Below are positions 8,638-13,931 of a stretch of 18,796 nucleotides of DNA, one piece after another. Position numbers and translations under genes: made by a program. The stretch's first letter is position 1, and each line of letters starts with the position of its first letter. The notes beneath the pieces are model-generated. The model saw nothing but the letters and a program-made list of their open reading frames with translations. It was not told the DNA's origin and did no database searches. The stretch comes from Candidatus Bathyarchaeia archaeon (GTDB lineage: Archaea > Thermoproteota > Bathyarchaeia > Bathyarchaeales > Bathycorpusculaceae), in NCBI GenBank assembly GCA_038883795.1, contig JAVZLK010000031.1:1-18796 (forward strand), in the 5' to 3' direction.

Positions 8638-8867
8638 GCCACTACCTCTTCTTTTTTCTTAACCAAGAAATCAACAACGGTCTTTTTTATTTCGTTAAAC
8701 GTTTTTCCTTTTTCTATTTCCCCGTTGACTATTTCCAGTAACTCGTCTAGGAGGCCTACAATTTGCTCAAAATCTTGTCCTTTAAACTTTCCCTCGTCTT
8801 TAATATTGTTAACCAGTAAATTTCGTAGTTCTTGTAAAGTTTCATTTTTCATAAATGATTTGGTCAT
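8634..8867 (-). CDS. Small helical hypothetical protein (77 aa) coupled to the ATPase
   Basis: ATGA stop/start overlap with the ATPase at 8634-8637; overlaps the upstream gene by 26 nt. Confidence 0.7.
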   Translation of the reverse strand: MTKSFMKNETLQELRNLLVNNIKDEGKFKGQDFEQIVGLLDELLEIVNGEIEKGKTFNEIKKTVVDFLVKKKEEVVA

Positions 8868-9651
8868 GGCGTTTTTCCGCCTCTAATTTATCATATAGAT
8901 GGTTTGCAAGGTTAAAATCTTTCGTGCAAAACAAAATTGGATACGGTAGTTCTTTAACAAAACAGTGTATTGAAAACCTGCCAAAATTTTGTTTTATTAC
9001 TTTTCTACAAAACTCAGCACTTTTTTGGAAAATACGCTTTTTGATGTTAAGCAGAAAGCCAGGCGGCATATGTCTATGCACCCCCGGAACGAAATATCTT
9101 CCGCTATGTCTTCCGATAGAACGTTGGACAAGTGGAGCAGGGTATGCGCCTATGAGATCGCAGAAATCCTCTTCTAATATCTTTTCAAGAGTTTTCCAAC
9201 TAATATCAGTTGGTCTAAATGGGTCAACGCAAACTAGACAATGTCCCTCTAGCATCTTAATGGCTGACCGCACATACACATTTGCATCTCCAAGCAGAAA
9301 GCGACAATTCTTTTCCCTTTCCGCGAAACGCGTTTTTACTCGCTTTTCAAGCGCATCATAAAAATTCTTTTCCCTTTCGATGAATATGAGATTAGTAAAT
9401 TTTGGCTCAGTTTTTAGTGCAATTACCGGGGAGGCAGCTACTTGATAGTTGTCTTTATATTCTCTGACTATGCTGTATCCTGGTCCAGCCGTTAAATCCA
9501 AGTAGCCAATCCATTCCGTCTTGGGCGCTATCCATTTTGTCCATTCAGCAAAAATTATTCGGTAAAGGATATATCTTTTTAATGTGTAGCTCGGTATGTC
9601 TAGACAAGGCAACCCGTCACGAAGCTCTACAATTAGGGACGGGTCATACAA
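8842..9651 (-). CDS. tcmP: TcmP-like (three-Cys-motif partner) SAM-dependent methyltransferase-fold protein
   Basis: 269 aa; YLDLTAGPG, ASPVIAL, LIFIERE, GDAN, CVDPF, ISWKTLEKI match the TcmP pattern as I recall it (YiDlfAGpG..GSPliAl..FiE..GDaN..flDPfg..w.tl). Confidence 0.75.
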   Translation of the reverse strand: MYDPSLIVELRDGLPCLDIPSYTLKRYILYRIIFAEWTKWIAPKTEWIGYLDLTAGPGYSIVREYKDNYQVAASPVIALKTEPKFTNLIFIEREKNFYDALEKRVKTRFAEREKNCRFLLGDANVYVRSAIKMLEGHCLVCVDPFRPTDISWKTLEKILEEDFCDLIGAYPAPLVQRSIGRHSGRYFVPGVHRHMPPGFLLNIKKRIFQKSAEFCRKVIKQNFGRFSIHCFVKELPYPILFCTKDFNLANHLYDKLEAEKRHDQIIYEK

Positions 9652-9652
9652 C

Positions 9653-10402
9653 TTATATATCCCTTAAATATACTTTCTTACCTGACTTAAAAAGTGCACT
9701 TCCTCTCGTTTTCAAACATTTCTCAACTTCAACGAATTCTTGAAAAAATTCTGGAAAATGAGCTTTTAAGGCTTTAAACTGATTCACGGTTTTAAATGCG
9801 GTGCACCAGCAGTCTGTTGCCCTTGGAAATATTTTATACAAAGGATTTTCTTTTAAGTGATTTAATCTAATGTATTTTAAAACGTCTTCTTTTTTCCAAT
9901 AAAAAATGGGATGACAATTAAGGGATTGAAAATGTCTATGCCATCCAATAATTTGATAGTTTTTCCTCTTTGAGGATTCATCCGCGCGCATGCCATCAAA
10001 AATTATTATTTCGGAACTTTTCATGTTCCTGAAAAAACGCTTGAGGGGTTCAATTTTAAGATGATAACAACACCACCTTCTCGTAACTGTCGGAAAGCCC
10101 CACTTCTTAACTAAAGAAAAGAAGTCCTCTTTAGGATGAACTACCTCTAATTTAACTTTCAAACTTTCACAAATCTCCTTAACATATGTCGTGTTACCCG
10201 GTGTTGAGTTGGTTGTATCCACAAAAACAGCTGAAACCTCTGACTCTTTCCTATCGCAAACTTTTTTAACCAAATGCAAAGTTACTAAACTATCCCTCCC
10301 ACCTGAAAAGAGAACATAGGGCTTATACTTTTTAATCAAATCGTCTATTAAATTCATACTGTAATTAAGTGTTCTTTGGAAATTATCCTGGATTCCAGGC
10401 AC
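9653..10402 (-). CDS. PAPS/APS reductase-family (PP-loop) protein with Fe-S-type cysteines
   Basis: 249 aa; FSGGRDSL PP-loop, FVDT, RWCCYHLKIEP, GMRADESSKR, HPIFYWKKEDV, NPLY, DCWC. Confidence 0.88.
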   Translation of the reverse strand: MPGIQDNFQRTLNYSMNLIDDLIKKYKPYVLFSGGRDSLVTLHLVKKVCDRKESEVSAVFVDTTNSTPGNTTYVKEICESLKVKLEVVHPKEDFFSLVKKWGFPTVTRRWCCYHLKIEPLKRFFRNMKSSEIIIFDGMRADESSKRKNYQIIGWHRHFQSLNCHPIFYWKKEDVLKYIRLNHLKENPLYKIFPRATDCWCTAFKTVNQFKALKAHFPEFFQEFVEVEKCLKTRGSALFKSGKKVYLRDI

Positions 10403-10426
10403 GATAGTAATTTCATTTTATAGATA

Positions 10427-10439
10427 TTTTAAAATTTCT
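10427..10439 (-). promoter_or_regulatory. Putative BRE/TATA promoter of the cargo operon (leaderless transcript)
   Basis: Minus strand AGAAA-TTTTAAAA with the TATA-like octamer 25-32 nt upstream of the GTG at 10402; no RBS before the start. Confidence 0.45.
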
Positions 10440-10612
10440 AATTTTAGAGCGGTTTGAAACCTTACCACGCCTCAATAATTTTAGAAATTCAAGCTAAGAT
10501 ACCAACTTTCATGGTCGGTGAAAGTCTACAATTACTAAAATGAGTCGAAAAGCAGCCTGTTTTTAATAGAATCTTCTTAGCCTTGACTTTTTCCACTTTT
10601 CTTTGCCTTCCT

Positions 10613-11260
10613 TTAGCCTACGTTCACGGTTTCTAAAACTTTCAGGAAGTTTATTTTAAGACCTATTTTCCAGTAGCCTTGTATGTCTGAGCGGTATAGG
10701 TAGATTATGTTGTCTTGTCTTAGGTTTTTTAGGGCTTCGAGAACTTCTGTTGGGTTTGCCTTTAGCTTTTCAGCAAGTTCAAAGTTATCTCTTATTAAGA
10801 TAAATTTTGAGCCTGTTTCGTTATAATGCTTTAGCAATACTTCTACTACTTCCTTTTCCACATTGTCTAAACCAGTATTTTGAAGCCACAAGCTAATTGG
10901 AATTTGTTTGGTATTTTTCGGCTGGTTAGTTTCTACTTTGTTTCTATTTTCTTTCGATTTTCTTTCTAATTTCTTTCGATAATCATCTATATTATTATTA
11001 TATACGACATTCAAATACTTAACAAATTCAGCTCCAGAATCTGTTAAAAACCAGAAATCGCCATTTTTTAAGGCTAAACCATACCTTTCCATGTTCTTCA
11101 AATATCTCCAAACATAATTCTGGCTTTTTCCGCTTCTTTCAGCCAAGTCGCAGCAGCGGCCGCCCCCATCAAACAGCATGTAAAGGAGCGTTATCGTAAA
11201 GCCTCTAACACGCCCAAGGGCGGTAGAAGTAGTAGATAATATAGCGTAGTTAATAGCCAA
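10613..11260 (-). CDS. Two-domain winged-helix protein, putative replication initiator
   Basis: 215 aa; N-terminal wHTH (CCDLAERSGKSQNYVWRYLKNMERYGLA...WFLTDSG), Lys/Glu linker encoded by tandem repeats, C-terminal HTH (FELAEKLKANPTEVLEALKNLRQDNIIY); AGGTGA RBS. Confidence 0.65.
   Translation of the reverse strand: MAINYAILSTTSTALGRVRGFTITLLYMLFDGGGRCCDLAERSGKSQNYVWRYLKNMERYGLALKNGDFWFLTDSGAEFVKYLNVVYNNNIDDYRKKLERKSKENRNKVETNQPKNTKQIPISLWLQNTGLDNVEKEVVEVLLKHYNETGSKFILIRDNFELAEKLKANPTEVLEALKNLRQDNIIYLYRSDIQGYWKIGLKINFLKVLETVNVG
10925..10979. repeat. Five imperfect tandem 11-bp repeats (iteron-like)
   Basis: gttagtttcta/ctttgtttcta/ttttctttcga/ttttctttcta/atttctttcga, followed by an AT-rich tract at 10980-11004. 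Confidence 0.8.
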
Positions 11261-11264
11261 AAAA

Positions 11265-11468
11265 TCACCTTTTAGGTTTGTAAAGTTCGCATTTTTCAGC
11301 GAAGTATGGTGGAAGCCTCTCTGGAAGGCTGATGTTTTTTGGGCATCTGTAACGCTTCACGATGCGGCCGGAGTTTATGTCCTCGCCGACGGTTTCCTCA
11401 AGTAGCGCGCAGCTCCAGCAACGTGTTTGGCTTATTGGGACAAATACAACTGTTTTGGTCCTACCCAT
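11265..11468 (-). CDS. Small Cys-containing (Zn-binding) hypothetical protein
   Basis: 67 aa; CWSC...YRCP...EKCELY; overlaps the upstream gene. Confidence 0.65.
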   Translation of the reverse strand: MGRTKTVVFVPISQTRCWSCALLEETVGEDINSGRIVKRYRCPKNISLPERLPPYFAEKCELYKPKR

Positions 11469-11697
11469 TTTTTATGCTCCTTAAAGGGTAAACATCAATT
11501 TTAATGGGCTTCTTTGCGAGCCTTCTTCCGCATTTTGGGCATTTATCGCCTATCTTGCGGGCTATGAAGGTTTCTATGGGCGAGACGCCCAACTCATTTT
11601 TTGACGCGTTTCTGCTCGTTTGATAGTGTAAAATCTCATCTCCACATTCGTAAAGCAGAAAACCGCATCCACTACAGTAAAATCTGAAGGGCATCAC
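11461..11697 (-). CDS. Zinc-ribbon protein
   Basis: 78 aa; FYCSGCG...KCPKCGRRL. Confidence 0.75.
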   Translation of the reverse strand: MMPFRFYCSGCGFLLYECGDEILHYQTSRNASKNELGVSPIETFIARKIGDKCPKCGRRLAKKPIKIDVYPLRSIKNG

Positions 11698-11957
11698 TCC
11701 ACCAGCATTTCAGGCTTTAGGGGTTTTTCTTTATGCTCGTAATCTTCCAAATGCTCGCTGACAACTTCATAAGCAGCTTCAAGGGCTACCCTCCTAACCA
11801 AGTCCAGGTCTTTCTCCCGCACACCAAGATACTCAATTATTGCCCTTCTGCAAATTTCAGACCAGTTAACCTCTGGAAACATCGCCATTTTCTCCGCAAC
11901 GTCGTTTGGAACATAAATCGTCAAATTTCTACCCAACGCCAAGCCCCCAAAATTCAA
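11694..11957 (-). CDS. RHH/antitoxin-like DNA-binding protein (start probably TTG at 11936)
   Basis: NLTIYVPNDVAEKMAMFPEVNWSEICRRAIIEYL is typical of archaeal VapB-like RHH proteins; G-rich RBS precedes the TTG at 11936. Confidence 0.75.
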   Translation of the reverse strand: MNFGGLALGRNLTIYVPNDVAEKMAMFPEVNWSEICRRAIIEYLGVREKDLDLVRRVALEAAYEVVSEHLEDYEHKEKPLKPEMLVE

Positions 11958-11961
11958 TAAG

Positions 11962-12285
11962 CTATGCGCCTCGCCTACTGCTCAATACCCCCTCAAGGTG
12001 AGGCTTCACCTGGTGCAGCGAGAAAGCGTATTCGATTAGCAGTCTCCACAACATTTTGCTTTTAGCCTCTAAACGCCTTGCCAATTTAGGCCCAAAAGTT
12101 GGACTTATGTCCAGCATTTTCTCAACAACCTCAATTATCTCGTCATCCCTTGGACACCAATCCGCCTCAAACATGTTGCGGATGCGGAAGTTGTCGTCTT
12201 TTGGCAGTTCAAACTCGATGCGTAATGTAGGATAGTTTGGATTAACACGATGCGAATCGACATCCTTAGTCACCCTCAGACGCAT
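11962..12285 (-). CDS. Hypothetical viral protein (107 aa)
   Basis: Co-oriented, tightly packed member of the early operon; no motif recognised. Confidence 0.6.
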   Translation of the reverse strand: MRLRVTKDVDSHRVNPNYPTLRIEFELPKDDNFRIRNMFEADWCPRDDEIIEVVEKMLDISPTFGPKLARRLEAKSKMLWRLLIEYAFSLHQVKPHLEGVLSSRRGA

Positions 12286-12294
12286 AAAAAATGT

Positions 12295-12501
12295 TCAGCC
12301 CTGCTGGACTATGCGGACAAAACCCTGAAACTCATCAACCTCTACAGAGTCAACCTTATGCCCCAAGGCTTTGACACACTTTGCTAAGGCCTCGTCAACC
12401 TTGCCAACAAACTCCACAACCCTTGAACCACTAAAATAAACAACCTTCGTAATGTTGCCTTCGCCATCAGCCTGATAAAAGACTGTTCCAAGCTCATGCA
12501 T
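12295..12501 (-). CDS. Hypothetical viral protein (68 aa)
   Basis: Co-oriented member of the early operon; start uncertain. Confidence 0.6.
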   Translation of the reverse strand: MHELGTVFYQADGEGNITKVVYFSGSRVVEFVGKVDEALAKCVKALGHKVDSVEVDEFQGFVRIVQQG

Positions 12502-12551
12502 ACTTTTACGCAGAAGCTCAGCATCCGTTATTTTGGCTAAAAGTTGAAGCT

Positions 12552-12743
12552 TTACTTCACTCGACCTCCAGCAACTGCTTTCTCAACAACACGAGATTCT
12601 ACATCTGCCAAAAAGCCGAGCTTCTCCTCAAGACGCTTAATACGGCGCTCATGATCAGCCAAAACATCAAGCGTATCCCTTAAAGCGTAGGCTAAATCTT
12701 CAGCAGACTTCGCAAGAACCTTCAAGTCGCCTTTCCCACCCAT
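12552..12743 (-). CDS. Small coiled-coil protein
   Basis: 63 aa; LADHERRIKRLEEKLG heptads; GGAGGT RBS; TGATG overlap with the upstream gene. Confidence 0.7.
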   Translation of the reverse strand: MGGKGDLKVLAKSAEDLAYALRDTLDVLADHERRIKRLEEKLGFLADVESRVVEKAVAGGRVK

Positions 12744-12934
12744 CAGCGAACCTCCTTTACATTTTCTTTTGCTTTCCTGCTCACGCGTGAAGTTGGATTG
12801 TCCATTTTACAGGCTTCAAGCCCAATCCTTAGAAGGTGCTCGACAAAGGTGCTTCGCTTCTCCCTCCCGCGTAGTATGTCGATTTCCTTCAGGATTTCTG
12901 GGTCTATGGTTACGTCCATCTTAACCCTTCGCAT
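12743..12934 (-). CDS. Ribbon-helix-helix regulator (first gene of the leftward early operon)
   Basis: 63 aa; VKMDVTIDPEILKEIDILRGREKRSTFVEHLLRIGL. Confidence 0.8.
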   Translation of the reverse strand: MRRVKMDVTIDPEILKEIDILRGREKRSTFVEHLLRIGLEACKMDNPTSRVSRKAKENVKEVR

Positions 12935-13030
12935 ACATCATGCATCTCGCATAAATTGTATACAATAAATAGATAATACAAAAAATTTAAAAGGTTTATC
13001 ATACAAATATCATTTATACCATAACAGGAG
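12935..13030. promoter_or_regulatory. Divergent promoter/operator region (putative genetic switch)
   Basis: AT-rich 96-bp gap between divergent RHH genes; perfect palindrome ATTGTATACAAT at 12955-12966 and several ATACA-like half sites. Confidence 0.6.
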
Positions 13031-13561
13031 ATGAGAAACGTGAAAACCCTAAGAATCTCGGACAGCGCCCATGAAAAGCTCACCCAACTCCTCGGAGACC
13101 TCACAGCCCAAACAAAAACCCTACAAACATACACGGACGCCATAGAAAGCCTCCTCTCAAACTCAGTCATTCTCCCACCAGAACTCTTGGCAGAGGTTGA
13201 AAACTTCATAAACAAAAACAAACAGAGAGGCTACACAACAAGAGAAGAGTTCATAAGAGAAGCCATCCGCTTCAAACTCGACTGGCTAAACGACGAATAT
13301 GAATACTTTGAAGTCCCCAAAGAAACAATAGAAAAAATGGACGCCATAATAGACTACATGGCGCCAGAAACCTTCGGAGCACCATCCAACGCAAAAGAAT
13401 ACATAAGCGAAGCAATAGACAACGCCATAGAAAGAGTATTTGAAGCCTACAGAGAAGGAAAGGAACATGGATGGGACAAACAAACAATAAAAGAGCTTGA
13501 ACAACGCCTAAAAGAAATAGAAGAATACTGGGAAAACATAAGAAAAAGGAGAAAAACATGA
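13031..13561 (+). CDS. Multi-RHH transcriptional regulator, putative repressor
   Basis: 176 aa; three strand-helix-helix units: KTLRISDSAHEKL...YTDAIESLL, SVILPPELLAEV...TREEFIREAIR, YFEVPKETIEKM...NAKEYISEAID. Confidence 0.7.
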   Translation: MRNVKTLRISDSAHEKLTQLLGDLTAQTKTLQTYTDAIESLLSNSVILPPELLAEVENFINKNKQRGYTTREEFIREAIRFKLDWLNDEYEYFEVPKETIEKMDAIIDYMAPETFGAPSNAKEYISEAIDNAIERVFEAYREGKEHGWDKQTIKELEQRLKEIEEYWENIRKRRKT

Positions 13562-13800
13562 GCAGAGCAGTATTAAACGCCATATTAAACGAAATGAAGG
13601 TTTGGCTAAATGAAATTGAGCGAGAACAACTATACTATGAGCTAACAACCTACTTCGGGCTCATAGGCGCAACAAACGAATGTCAAGCCCTCGAAAACGC
13701 TTGGAAGGACCCATACAACCGCAGTGAAATAGAAGAATTCATAAAAGCATGGCTAAAAAGAAAGCAGAAAAAGCTCGAGAGAATAGAAGGAGTAGTATAA
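13558..13800 (+). CDS. Hypothetical protein (80 aa), coupled to the regulator
   Basis: ATGA overlap at 13558-13561; no motif recognised. Confidence 0.7.
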   Translation: MSRAVLNAILNEMKVWLNEIEREQLYYELTTYFGLIGATNECQALENAWKDPYNRSEIEEFIKAWLKRKQKKLERIEGVV

Positions 13801-13931
13801 TGGTTAAGGTTTTTTGCTCCTCACTTTTACGTATATAAGGAAAAAGCATTAGTGAAGGCATTTAAGAATATATGGATAACCTTAAAACTAATGAAAGCGG
13901 GTTTCCTCTTGTAGCATATTGGTGGGTTTAG

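Noticed and set aside
5237-10402. Calling the cargo operon a canonical Dnd/Ssp phosphorothioation system
   Set aside because: No cysteine desulfurase or recognisable DndB/DndE/Pbe genes; the PAPS-like protein is far shorter than DndC; TcmP and radical SAM are not Dnd components.
10925-10979. CRISPR or mini-array interpretation of the repeats (also 18365-18386)
   Set aside because: Units are 11 bp, contiguous and have no spacers; no cas genes seen.
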